Source: a virus. From it: DNA of 64,000 nt. The translations under genes were made by a program, and so were the position numbers. The notes beneath the pieces are model-generated. The model had not been told where the DNA came from. It saw only the letters and a list, made by a program, of their open reading frames with translations, and made no database searches. Positions 18,954 through 29,269 of the stretch are shown piece by piece (within the stretch, counting starts at the first letter, position 1; every line of letters begins with the position of its first letter). Location: positions 1 through 64,000 of IMG/VR virus record IMGVR_UViG_3300031787_000065, one strand, 5' to 3'.

Positions 18954-19241
18954 ATGAAGAATTTACTAGGCGTATTCATTCTATTACTTGCTAGCGTTTC
19001 TTCTAATTGTTACGCTAATAATGTTATATATGTTACGCCACCACAACCAGTTCCAGTTCTACAGGTAATGGTTTATCAAGCTCCAGCTTATACCGTCATG
19101 GTTCCAGTTGTAGTGCAACCAGTACCAGTGGTAGAACAAAGAGTGGTATGGGGATATCCTTATCAACCCATGATAGTTCCAGTGGCTCAATATGGCCATT
19201 GGGGATATGATAGGCGTTGTAGGCTTATCAATCATTATTGA
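18954..19241 (+). CDS. small exported Pro/Val/Tyr-rich protein
   Basis: AAGGAG SD before ATG 18954; signal peptide MKNLLGVFILLLASVSSNCYA. Confidence 0.65.
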   Translation: MKNLLGVFILLLASVSSNCYANNVIYVTPPQPVPVLQVMVYQAPAYTVMVPVVVQPVPVVEQRVVWGYPYQPMIVPVAQYGHWGYDRRCRLINHY

Positions 19242-19247
19242 AAAGTT

Positions 19248-19281
19248 GGGGGTAGCCTAAAAACTACCCCCTTTTTCTTTT
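19248..19281. terminator. intrinsic terminator between the convergent arms (possibly bidirectional)
   Basis: GGGGGTAG-cctaaaaa-CTACCCCC followed by TTTTTCTTTT; AAAA on the other side. Confidence 0.85.
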
Positions 19282-19284
19282 CTA

Positions 19285-19998
19285 TTATAGATATTCTACG
19301 GTAAAGTATAGACCGTATTGAGTCTTGCTACCAATGGTAACTGGCTCAGAACTTAGAGCAACGTACCAATCGTGCCTAGCAGCAGTGTGTAAACTGCCAT
19401 TATTACTATTATAACCAAGGGCAACGCTAGTATCTTGAGCATTAGTATTCTTACCACTAGCTCCTGGAGAAGATGTTAAGGTCATGTCTGTCATAGCGTT
19501 TACTGGATCAAATTCATACCAAGCATTTTCTATTCTTCCGCGATGGCTCAAATTAGATACCGTTTGTAGTGTAGCTGGGTGTCTAGACTCATAAACATAT
19601 GTGACCACGCCGCTAGCGTGATTATTAATGTTATTTCGGTCAAATATACGAAGCTTACAATTCTGAACTTTTACAGGTTCAGAGTGAGTGAATCTAATAT
19701 TTAGAGGGCATAAATAGTTAGGTAATTTATCTAGATCTATAGCACTAGCCCCATTTACACTAACAGTGCCAGCGGTAGATAGGGTTCCACTAGATACTAA
19801 AGCTGTATTATTAAGCCTAGCGCCCTCTGATGTGCCGTTAGCATTAGTAATAAAGGTTGTTGTTTGCTGAGTCCCAACGGGAACTGAAATACCAAAACCG
19901 TTGCCGTAGAATCCTACGCCAGAACCGGCTGAGTGATTAATTAGCTCGCCGTCTCCACTTTGGTCTTTAATATTAGCATAAAATTTGATTTCAGCCAT
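19285..19998 (-). CDS. putative virion structural protein
   Basis: Beta-rich Gly/Ser/Thr/Asn composition; last gene of the structural arm; own promoter motif and GGAG SD. Confidence 0.6.
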   Translation of the reverse strand: MAEIKFYANIKDQSGDGELINHSAGSGVGFYGNGFGISVPVGTQQTTTFITNANGTSEGARLNNTALVSSGTLSTAGTVSVNGASAIDLDKLPNYLCPLNIRFTHSEPVKVQNCKLRIFDRNNINNHASGVVTYVYESRHPATLQTVSNLSHRGRIENAWYEFDPVNAMTDMTLTSSPGASGKNTNAQDTSVALGYNSNNGSLHTAARHDWYVALSSEPVTIGSKTQYGLYFTVEYL

Positions 19999-20024
19999 AG
20001 ATTTCTCCCTATTTTATATGGTTC

Positions 20025-20040
20025 TACTAAATAATACACG
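20025..20040 (-). promoter_or_regulatory. phage promoter motif CGTGTATT-N6-TA
   Basis: Minus strand reads CGTGTATTATTTAGTAG, intergenic. Confidence 0.6.
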
Positions 20041-20044
20041 AAAA

Positions 20045-23000
20045 TTAGCCTGCTCCTATTTCTAAATCAATATATTGGGCAAATCCTGGGGTAAACGGTG
20101 TTTCAAATAATAATGTATGTAATATATCATTATGCATAAAATAAAAGGCGTCATAGGCATTAGAAGTGCCACCCTCAAGAGATAATGGTGTGCTTAAAGA
20201 CCCTTCCGCTGGCTCTTTTCCTAAATTGCTAGGCAAGCTTAATCTGGTAATACCAACCCTTTCTTGCGGTCCAAGATCATGCTCTAGTTTAGAGTAAACC
20301 TTTCCGCTTCTGAAATAGATTAATGCCCCTCGACCAGTGCCGTCCGTGCCTTGTGGCTTAGCTCCGCTGCCAACAAAATCAAATGTCGTAAAATTTGTTC
20401 CACTATTAATTATTTCAAATCCGCCAACTCCTCCAGTGCCAACAGTAGAAGACACTCTAATGGTAGCATTTCTTGGAAAGTTAATAATATCTCCAACAAC
20501 GTATCCAGACCCAGGATTAGCAATAACATAATCTGAACCATTCAATCCTATGTCAGTTTTATAATATTTAAACCCGCCCTTTGTTAATAAAGCTCCGCGT
20601 CTGATTGGGTTAACTCTCCATTGACTTTGTGACCTTAAAGCTCCTTCTAAAAGACTGCCATTATAGACTCCAGACTCTTTAATGAGTCTACCAACGGGAA
20701 CTATGGTATTGTCTTTTGATGCGTCTTTGGCGTGCATAAATGTTGGCACTCTAAAGTCTACACTAGTTGATATTTTATCTACAGATCTTTGATAAGACAC
20801 GTTTATTTTATCTGGAGTCCAAGTTCCAGTATAAACTTTGCCACTGTCAACAATTTCAGATTCTACTTTATATATATTTGAATCAATCTCTCCAGAAGGA
20901 GGTATAGGATTAAAATGTAAAATAGAAAAATATCTTCCATCATAGACTGTTTGCTCATCTGGCCACTGATCAAAAATTCTAACTTGCAATGCGGTTGTTC
21001 CATAGCTATCGTACTTGTCTTCTCTAAATCTATCTCCCCATTGAGCATTAGCATTTTCTCGTATTGGATTCGCACCAGTACTCCAGCTTAAAAATGCACC
21101 AATAACAGTAACTACTGGACCCTGACCGCCAGCAATGGTTACGTTTGGGGTTAATCCAAAATAGTTTTTAGTCGTTAATGTAATACTGCCATTTGCTGGG
21201 GCAGTGAATTTGTTTTTGGCAGCTATAATACCAAATAAATTACCTCGCTCAGTACTATTTTCTTTTGGCATAACGTTCGGACCACCAAGCGGAGCAACCG
21301 TTGATTGCTTTACATATGGTCCGAATCTATAAGTAGCTAATATATCCACATTATCATTAGAGATTAGAATACCATTTCTCTTTAAGTCATTTCTATCGTA
21401 AAAATCAAATGGATGAAAATCAATATCATTTTGTAAGTCTGGTTTATAAAGAGCCTTGACATATGCGTTTATTGTATTATCAAACAGTGTATATTCAGAA
21501 TTCTCTCTCTTTGGCTTTACGGAAATATTAAATAGCGATGCTTCTAATTGTAGAGGAGAAAATTGAATATAATTTGGTTTGATTGGAGTAAGCCCATACA
21601 CATCTTGGGCATCAAGAACATAGTCTCCACTTGTGCCAACGTTTCTCAATAGCCAAGAAAACCTATTTTCAGAAATTAAATAGTTATGTAAACAGTCTAC
21701 AATATTCCCATTATAAACCGGTGGATGTTCTATTGGGCTACCAAAAGCATTCTTTTTTCCGTTTGTAGCAACTTCTGCTGGTAACTGAAGACCATTTCCA
21801 TCTGATGAATCGGAAAACATCCAATTGCCAGAATCGGCTAAAGATGATTTAGATGTACTAAATGGAGATATACCATTAAGGCCAAAAGCATCAAAGAATA
21901 GTCTACTGATTCCGATTTTATATTTAGCTAGTTGATCTTTATCAGAATATAGCTTACTAACGCTTAATGCTTTTAATGTTCCAAGCGATGATTCATTTCG
22001 TAATCTAGATAATTGAGATGAAGAATATCCATCTGGAAATACTGGACCCCAAAATAAAGGCAAGCTTTTTTGCATTGGATAATACCCGTCTTCTTCTGTA
22101 TTAACCGTGGGGCTTGGAGAATATTTTACATTAGTTCTTCCAATAACATCATAAGTATTTGTTCCTCCAAAATTTTCTGACAATTGATCAAATACTGTGC
22201 TTTGATAATATGCAGCATTAACATCTATATAGTATGTTGATTTTTCTGGTAAAGACTTGGCTAAAGCATCCTTTTCCGATAAATCGACGTACATATTTAA
22301 TTTAGCTATTACATTTGTGTCGATTCCCGCAGATTTTAAATAAGATGCCCTAGACCAAACCGGTCCAGCAGAATCTCCCTGCCCTTGAAACATGTTTGTA
22401 TAGAATAGTAATCTCATTTTAGTTTCGTAGCTGTCTGGAGAAATATTATTTCTATAAGCGTCAAACCCAGTAATAGCGTCACCACTAACATATCTGGCGT
22501 CTTTAAAGAAATTGTCACTATTAACAATATATTTTTGAAAAGACCATTTGCCAATTTTTGTAGCCTTGGTTTTACTAATAGCTCCAGCGTCAAACCCTTG
22601 CAATATCCACTCATTATCTATATGACTACATAGAACAGTATCGCCCTTCTTAAAGCTTCGTCCAGAGCGATTAACTACCATTATTTTTTCCATTTTTGGA
22701 TTTGTTCCACTTGGGCAACCAACAAAGTTGGGTCCAAATTGATGAGGATTTCCCGCCTCTACACTTAATGGTAAAGCCATTCCAATGGTAAATTTAGAAA
22801 AATATAAGGAATTATTTGGGTCGTAAAAGTTTTGAGGAGAACCATTTTGTATGCTATCTGCATTTATTTCTTCTGATGGTGCTGGATCAACATCTGTAAC
22901 TAATTTAGCAAGTATTTGGTGAGTACCAGCTTGCCATTTTCCAAAAGATGGGCTATATCTTAAATCTAAAGGAGCGGCTATAGAATTTTTTGGGTTATTA

Positions 23001-23653
23001 ATTCCTCCTTCGTATGGATTTTGATAAACACCAATAGCTGAATCTTCAGTGCCTCTATAAGAATATTGAGATGTAGAAGATCTTCTAGGAATATCCACAA
23101 TGACAGGAGCGCCTTTTTGGGCTATCTGTCTAGAATCATCGCTATTCTCTTTATCTCTTAGAAAAAATCTAACTAATGGATTTCTATCAGACCCAAGAAC
23201 ATTATAGCTAGTGTTAAATGTTAAGCATCCAGAAAAACTATTTTGAATATTTTGTGTTACTTCTTTTATATTATTATTTTCTATTTCGTCGCTAATTCTT
23301 CCTAAAATATAGTTTCTGTGCTTAATAATAAAGTCTACCAAATCATTTGCTACAAGGGTGTTCGATTCTGTTTTAAAAATTTCCTGACCATTGACCATAT
23401 CGTATTTTAAAGTTTCTTTATTAAATTTAAGCATATATAAGCTAGTAGTATCTGTACACAGAAGTTTGTTTTTAATAATATAATTGGGCATCCCATTAAA
23501 ATAGGCAGAAATTTCTGCGTCAGATGTTCTACCAAAATATCCACTACAACTAAACAGTGTATAATTACCTAATCCTATAGCTGTTAAAGAAACTTCATCT
23601 GAACCAAATAGGTGAAACTCTTTTCTTTTACTGTGAATATTAGAATTAAACAT
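20045..23653 (-). CDS. large tail-tip/spike protein (1202 aa)
   Basis: Follows the hub-like gene; C-terminal IANPGSGY..GD and IINSGTNF beta repeats. Confidence 0.55.
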   Translation of the reverse strand: MFNSNIHSKRKEFHLFGSDEVSLTAIGLGNYTLFSCSGYFGRTSDAEISAYFNGMPNYIIKNKLLCTDTTSLYMLKFNKETLKYDMVNGQEIFKTESNTLVANDLVDFIIKHRNYILGRISDEIENNNIKEVTQNIQNSFSGCLTFNTSYNVLGSDRNPLVRFFLRDKENSDDSRQIAQKGAPVIVDIPRRSSTSQYSYRGTEDSAIGVYQNPYEGGINNPKNSIAAPLDLRYSPSFGKWQAGTHQILAKLVTDVDPAPSEEINADSIQNGSPQNFYDPNNSLYFSKFTIGMALPLSVEAGNPHQFGPNFVGCPSGTNPKMEKIMVVNRSGRSFKKGDTVLCSHIDNEWILQGFDAGAISKTKATKIGKWSFQKYIVNSDNFFKDARYVSGDAITGFDAYRNNISPDSYETKMRLLFYTNMFQGQGDSAGPVWSRASYLKSAGIDTNVIAKLNMYVDLSEKDALAKSLPEKSTYYIDVNAAYYQSTVFDQLSENFGGTNTYDVIGRTNVKYSPSPTVNTEEDGYYPMQKSLPLFWGPVFPDGYSSSQLSRLRNESSLGTLKALSVSKLYSDKDQLAKYKIGISRLFFDAFGLNGISPFSTSKSSLADSGNWMFSDSSDGNGLQLPAEVATNGKKNAFGSPIEHPPVYNGNIVDCLHNYLISENRFSWLLRNVGTSGDYVLDAQDVYGLTPIKPNYIQFSPLQLEASLFNISVKPKRENSEYTLFDNTINAYVKALYKPDLQNDIDFHPFDFYDRNDLKRNGILISNDNVDILATYRFGPYVKQSTVAPLGGPNVMPKENSTERGNLFGIIAAKNKFTAPANGSITLTTKNYFGLTPNVTIAGGQGPVVTVIGAFLSWSTGANPIRENANAQWGDRFREDKYDSYGTTALQVRIFDQWPDEQTVYDGRYFSILHFNPIPPSGEIDSNIYKVESEIVDSGKVYTGTWTPDKINVSYQRSVDKISTSVDFRVPTFMHAKDASKDNTIVPVGRLIKESGVYNGSLLEGALRSQSQWRVNPIRRGALLTKGGFKYYKTDIGLNGSDYVIANPGSGYVVGDIINFPRNATIRVSSTVGTGGVGGFEIINSGTNFTTFDFVGSGAKPQGTDGTGRGALIYFRSGKVYSKLEHDLGPQERVGITRLSLPSNLGKEPAEGSLSTPLSLEGGTSNAYDAFYFMHNDILHTLLFETPFTPGFAQYIDLEIGAG

Positions 23654-26600
23654 TATACAACCTCATCCTGTGTAAATGGCGTGTCCTGATTAAAATATAA
23701 CGATTGTCTAGCTGAAGTATTAGGGTCTGGCTTAAAGGCCATTGAGCTATGAAATGGTTCATTAGAAGCTGGCGCATACATGTCATTAACAGACGAAAAA
23801 GCCGAATCTTGATATGCTTTTGCTACACCGTCTTCCCCAATATAATTTGAGGCCACATTATTTAAATCTTGATGAGACGTAAAAGAACCATCTGAAGAAT
23901 ATGCAGTACTATTAACTTCAGATTCTCTAGATAAAGAATATCCGGTTTGTTCATACGGTTTAACTTGAATAGAAACTCCAGCTATTGGAGCTTGACCATT
24001 AATCATTGAGTTATTAATATTATTATTTATGTCTTGATATTGTTTAACATAATTAGTATTGTTATAATTTTTACCAAGACCCTTTCTGATTAGGGAATTT
24101 TTTTCATCTTTTAGCTTTTGTCTTTCTCTGCTTATTGTCGAAATAGCATCTTGTTTTTGTTTATGAAGCTTCCCGAAGCTAGCAGTATAAGAATCTAATT
24201 TATACGTTGTTCTTGCTCCAGCTTCAGAAACATCAACCTGAATATTAGTAATGATGGGTCCAGACCTCATAAGTTCTGTACCCAAAGATAATCCAAGTGG
24301 AACAAATGGTATTACAAAACCTCCACGTTCAGAAGAAAGCATAAGGCTATTTGAAAATTGGGCCTGCAAACGGCCAGCGGTATTCATTAAATCATATCCA
24401 CAATAGTTCCACGGTGATAAATTTTCATCTTTAACAAAGTCAACTTTACCGCCTATATTAGAGTATAGTATGGCATCATTGTTTAATTGAGATGATATCC
24501 AAGGACCGTAACATCTATCTTTAGACATAAATGGTAAAACAACCAGATCTGGATATACTGGAGATGGAACACTATAGTTCATTAACTGAGGAACGCCAAA
24601 TGATATTAAAGAATCATTAGCTTTTTTAGCAGCCAAAAATGCGTGAACACGTACATCTGCGGATATTGATTGATCATCAAATATCTCTAAGATCTTTTTC
24701 TGAGGACTTGGTGTAAAGGATGGTTTATCAAATCCATTCAATCCTTTTACTGTATCCATCGTCATATAATGTTTAAATTTTTCGGCATTGGAAGACTGAA
24801 ATGGTCCGTCACGAAATCTTGCATCTTTTGTGGGAACGACTCTTCCAGGAAGTGTAATCAAGGCATAAACATGGTTTGTGTCTAATTTTCCAAGTTGAGT
24901 ATCTATTAATCTTCCTTGTATTGTTACTCCAGCGATTTGTAGCCCAGAAGACGCATTAAAATCCCAGATATTGACTTTCTGGCCCCTAGTTGTTCTTGGG
25001 TAGAATTGGGCTACGTAATATGAAAAGCTATCAAAATATTCATCTTTACATGGATCATATATTTTTTTAGGCGGTCTAAGAACTTTGGTTTGTGATACAG
25101 TTTGCCCATAAACATGTGTTTCTTGATAAGTGATTTTTGGCGTCATGTATAGTTTTTCATCGACTTGACACTTTACATAAGCAATTTGTGGAGGCTTAGT
25201 AGTTGTAGCCACATTGCCCTGTGGAAAAGAGTAAAAAGTATCTACTCCAGCATTATCTAAATTATTTGATATATCTGGAATCATGCCTTGAGCGGTGATA
25301 ATTTGCTGACTGAAATCAGAAGAATTAAAACCCTCAAAAGATAAGTCTTCGCTATGATCAAATCTCACGTAAGGAGAAACGCGATTATTATCAGAAATAA
25401 AATTAGATAAATCTATTGGTATTAGCTGATTCTGCACCCCTAAAGGTAATGATTTATATCCACTAGCTACCAACTGCTGTATGCTAGATGCAGATATTAG
25501 ATTTCTATAAAGATCAAAATCAAAAAATCCACCCTCATTAACTGGCATATAATTAAATTCATATTGATCTATTACAGGATTAAAATGAGCATTCAGTTCT
25601 CCAACTAAATTATAATTATATGATCCAGAATCTAATAAAAATTCCATCATATGTCTACCGCCGAAGGTGCTAGTTCCTGGAAGGCTTTTAGCATCCTGTT
25701 GCATCTTAGCAATAACCGGTTGGATATTATTAGCATAAAATTCATAACCAATACCAGAAGTAATAGGTCTTGGTTTAAAGCCAAACGGTCCATAAGTATA
25801 TTCCATATTAGTTCGCGCAGATTCTGATGCTCTTGGATTTAATGACTCTGATCCCTTTTGAGTTATAGAGATTTGATTCTCAAAAAATGGATTAACAACC
25901 TTTGGTAATTTAACTAAGAACTTTTTGCCCAAGCACTCTTCGGCAATGGATTTTACAAAGTCGTATACTTTCATGGCGTTTCTTAGATTACGCTTAGCTA
26001 ACTTAGACATGTCTGGGGAAAAGAATAATGGCTTATAATTTTCCATAGTTTCTTCAATTAAGGATATCATATTATTAACATCGCCCTCACTGGCTTTTTC
26101 TGCTTTGTCTAAAAGGTCTTCTAGCATTTCTAAGTAATCAGCTTCAGCTTTATTTAGCTTTTTACCTACCGCTAGTAAATCTTTTAATCTATTTATTTCA
26201 CTATTTAATATATGTTTAAAATTTGTTTTATCTACTGAGCCTAAAGACGCCATACCAGTTAATAAGCTAGTAAATCTACCCTGTATTTCAACAAGACCTC
26301 CCTCTGGAATTCCAATTTTAGTCATTCTCTTATAGTACAAAGGGTAACCATAAGGAGGATTACAAGGACTATATGGAAGCCCATCAGATCCAAACGGTTC
26401 TGGGGCATACGTATTAAATACAGATCTTGGAACTGTAACAGCATAATTATTACTAATACTTTCTATCGGTGGGAATCCAGATGGTGCAACAGCTTGTAAG
26501 AGTGCAGCAGAATCGGTGGCATCGCTATCCTCTATAGATTCTAAATAAATATCATTATATAATTGTAAAAATTGTTTCCATCTTTCAAAAGATACTAATG

Positions 26601-28410
26601 CGCATCTCAGTTCCATTTCTGTGGCTACGTAATATGACCCAACTCCATTAACGCCCAAGCTAGTAGCATCTAACAAAATTTGTTGATAGGCTCCAAATCC
26701 TTTTGGAATAGTAACTGCTCTATTTCCCAATAATCCATAGTAAGGTAAGATCTGTTGTTTAAGAGATGTTTCTAGTAACCACTGCTTACCGATAGACTCT
26801 GTTCCCAACCTATTTCTATCACTGTTGGACGAAAAGTAGTGCATATCAACTTCTTGCGCACCAACAACAAACTTATCTGTTGTAATATTAGATAGCTCAA
26901 ATCCAACATCTTGATTTTCTGTATATATTCCGTAATAAGCTAAGCTATCTATATAACTCTTAATAGCCCCGTAATTGGGAGAACGAGATCTATTAATAGC
27001 ATCTAATCGAATAATTCCAGATATAAGTTTAGATGGATTATTAATATTGTTTTGATTCCAAGAGTATATAAATGAACAAGCTGGATGATTTATAACCGGC
27101 AACAGTGTGACAAATAAATCATGACTAGTTATGTCGCATATCTCCAATGCTAGTTCCAGCATAGTTATTTGATCAAAATCAAGATAATACAAATCTGGAA
27201 TTTCTGGAAGCGACCCAAAGTCTATCACATAATTAAATCCTCTAAAGTTAATGACTCCACCAAAACCCTTCGTTGCATATTCTAATGGAAGCTCCATATT
27301 ATATTGCATTAAAGCGTTAACAGCTTGTTTTACTCTATAATAAGGTATTCCTTGTGGACCCCTTCTTGAAAAACCGGTGCCGGTCATGGGGAATGTGACT
27401 GTGCCTACAGGTAAGGTTGCTGGATAAGGAGTTGTTGTTGCGTTTGGGTTATATGTTGTAGTTGTAGTAGTGGTTAATGGTATATTAGAATAAGTATCAT
27501 TGCCACGAAAAAATGTTTGACCAGATGGCAACGTATACTTAGTCAAAATGTTTTCAGTAGGTAATTTAGATTTAATAAAATTGATAGTATCGTCGCTTGG
27601 ATTATATTCTAAAAATCCATAAATATTAAGAATATTGTGATGATTAAATATTGTTCCTGTATAATTATTTAAAATCAACACTGTGTTAGATAGTATTTCT
27701 CTTGGGTCAATAACTTGGATTGAAAACGTTGGACTACCTCCCGGACCTTTATTTTGTAAATAAGATTGTAAAATGCCACCAAACACTGTGTGATACTTTC
27801 CCCTGCTTGCACTTCTGATATATGATGAAATGTCAACATATGTTCCACTTCCACCGGCGGGGTTATAAAAATCTACTAATTGATTATTTTCAAGATTTTC
27901 AAAAGTTAAAGGATTGAAAGGGCCATCGTATACTGGATCAGTAAATACTGGAAAAGTATTCACTTTATACAAAGAATCAAAAGTTGACCTGTATGCTTCT
28001 TCAATAGTAGCTAAGTTCATTCCAAACTTAAAATAAACAGGAGAACCAACTGGTGGTGGGCTGAAAAAGTCACGAACGCCATTGTGATAAGGATCATCAC
28101 CTCCACCAAGACCAGTTTGATCAGATTTATTATATTCATCATTAACTAGTTCTACTGATAATGTTGAACTATTATCACCGAAACCGCCATTAATACTAAA
28201 ACTACGAATAGATGCTCCTAAGAAAGTTTGTTGAACAAAGCCTTTATCGCTCAATGACCAACCGGCAGAAGAGAAAGACGTTGGAATAGACCCGCTGGCT
28301 GGCCAATTAGTTCCAAAAAAGCCAGAATCTGGAACTACGCTATGAGAATATAGCTCTCCACCAGTGATACTGCTCGGATATGGATAAGATGTAGTATTTG
28401 TAGCAGTCAT
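23653..28410 (-). CDS. baseplate hub/Tal-like tail protein (1585 aa)
   Basis: FLGASIRSFS...STLSVELV start and ITNIQVDVSEAGARTTY end; position in the tail-tip block; internal poly-Thr tract. Confidence 0.55.
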   Translation of the reverse strand: MTATNTTSYPYPSSITGGELYSHSVVPDSGFFGTNWPASGSIPTSFSSAGWSLSDKGFVQQTFLGASIRSFSINGGFGDNSSTLSVELVNDEYNKSDQTGLGGGDDPYHNGVRDFFSPPPVGSPVYFKFGMNLATIEEAYRSTFDSLYKVNTFPVFTDPVYDGPFNPLTFENLENNQLVDFYNPAGGSGTYVDISSYIRSASRGKYHTVFGGILQSYLQNKGPGGSPTFSIQVIDPREILSNTVLILNNYTGTIFNHHNILNIYGFLEYNPSDDTINFIKSKLPTENILTKYTLPSGQTFFRGNDTYSNIPLTTTTTTTYNPNATTTPYPATLPVGTVTFPMTGTGFSRRGPQGIPYYRVKQAVNALMQYNMELPLEYATKGFGGVINFRGFNYVIDFGSLPEIPDLYYLDFDQITMLELALEICDITSHDLFVTLLPVINHPACSFIYSWNQNNINNPSKLISGIIRLDAINRSRSPNYGAIKSYIDSLAYYGIYTENQDVGFELSNITTDKFVVGAQEVDMHYFSSNSDRNRLGTESIGKQWLLETSLKQQILPYYGLLGNRAVTIPKGFGAYQQILLDATSLGVNGVGSYYVATEMELRCALVSFERWKQFLQLYNDIYLESIEDSDATDSAALLQAVAPSGFPPIESISNNYAVTVPRSVFNTYAPEPFGSDGLPYSPCNPPYGYPLYYKRMTKIGIPEGGLVEIQGRFTSLLTGMASLGSVDKTNFKHILNSEINRLKDLLAVGKKLNKAEADYLEMLEDLLDKAEKASEGDVNNMISLIEETMENYKPLFFSPDMSKLAKRNLRNAMKVYDFVKSIAEECLGKKFLVKLPKVVNPFFENQISITQKGSESLNPRASESARTNMEYTYGPFGFKPRPITSGIGYEFYANNIQPVIAKMQQDAKSLPGTSTFGGRHMMEFLLDSGSYNYNLVGELNAHFNPVIDQYEFNYMPVNEGGFFDFDLYRNLISASSIQQLVASGYKSLPLGVQNQLIPIDLSNFISDNNRVSPYVRFDHSEDLSFEGFNSSDFSQQIITAQGMIPDISNNLDNAGVDTFYSFPQGNVATTTKPPQIAYVKCQVDEKLYMTPKITYQETHVYGQTVSQTKVLRPPKKIYDPCKDEYFDSFSYYVAQFYPRTTRGQKVNIWDFNASSGLQIAGVTIQGRLIDTQLGKLDTNHVYALITLPGRVVPTKDARFRDGPFQSSNAEKFKHYMTMDTVKGLNGFDKPSFTPSPQKKILEIFDDQSISADVRVHAFLAAKKANDSLISFGVPQLMNYSVPSPVYPDLVVLPFMSKDRCYGPWISSQLNNDAILYSNIGGKVDFVKDENLSPWNYCGYDLMNTAGRLQAQFSNSLMLSSERGGFVIPFVPLGLSLGTELMRSGPIITNIQVDVSEAGARTTYKLDSYTASFGKLHKQKQDAISTISRERQKLKDEKNSLIRKGLGKNYNNTNYVKQYQDINNNINNSMINGQAPIAGVSIQVKPYEQTGYSLSRESEVNSTAYSSDGSFTSHQDLNNVASNYIGEDGVAKAYQDSAFSSVNDMYAPASNEPFHSSMAFKPDPNTSARQSLYFNQDTPFTQDEVV

Positions 28411-28425
28411 AAGATTAAATTTTCT

Positions 28426-29268
28426 TTATACCGATGAACCTTGAGGTGAAGTTGAAGACCAAGAAATTACATATTGGCAGCTATAATTAAATGATTGTGA
28501 AAGTGCCTGTTGTAAAATTACTAATTGTCCTGGATACATAACTATAAAACGATTAGCAAGTGAGCAACTGATACTAACATGTACATATAGTTTATCACTA
28601 GACCTATTAGTTATTCTGAATACACGACCATCGCGCCCCACAAATTCCGAATGGTAACCATTACTTGTACTGTATAAATCGCTGGATTGGATTATATTGG
28701 GAGATGAAATTGGCGCAGACTCAATTAATATGAAGTGTGTGCTAGGAGTAGTAGTAGGTTGATAAGTGGTAGTAGTAACAGATTGACCGCCATTAGGATT
28801 AGAAGCATTAGTTGTTGACGTTGAAGTTATGGTTCTAGTAGATATTTTTACTGATGGAGCAAATACGCTAGCTTGTGGCATACTTATTGCAGGGGTAACT
28901 GGCGCAGACGTTGTGGTTGTAGTAGTAGTAATAGATAATATGCCACTAGATCTGGATTTAGTATCATATAATTCAAATCTGCTTTCAGAGTATTTTAACA
29001 AATTATTAGGATTAATTGTAACTGCAACAGCATTTGCTCCACTTGGTAATTGGTAATGAACGTAAGAACCTGTAGAAATAAAATCTGTTATACCGCTTCC
29101 ACTTGGACTAACTCCGTATCCATTCCAGCTATCAGAAAGAGAAAGAGAATAAACCCTCTTTAATCCAGATGCATTAAATATGTTAGGCTGTTGAGTAGTT
29201 GTGTAAAGTGGTGGGCTTGTGCTTGTTGTTGTAGTAGTTGTGGCTGGTATTGGAGTTGTATTAACCAT
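28426..29268 (-). CDS. Thr/Ser/Pro-rich mucin-like virion protein
   Basis: Several T4-T7 runs written with mixed codons, between short beta-rich segments. Confidence 0.6.
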   Translation of the reverse strand: MVNTTPIPATTTTTTSTSPPLYTTTQQPNIFNASGLKRVYSLSLSDSWNGYGVSPSGSGITDFISTGSYVHYQLPSGANAVAVTINPNNLLKYSESRFELYDTKSRSSGILSITTTTTTTSAPVTPAISMPQASVFAPSVKISTRTITSTSTTNASNPNGGQSVTTTTYQPTTTPSTHFILIESAPISSPNIIQSSDLYSTSNGYHSEFVGRDGRVFRITNRSSDKLYVHVSISCSLANRFIVMYPGQLVILQQALSQSFNYSCQYVISWSSTSPQGSSV

Positions 29269-29269
29269 A

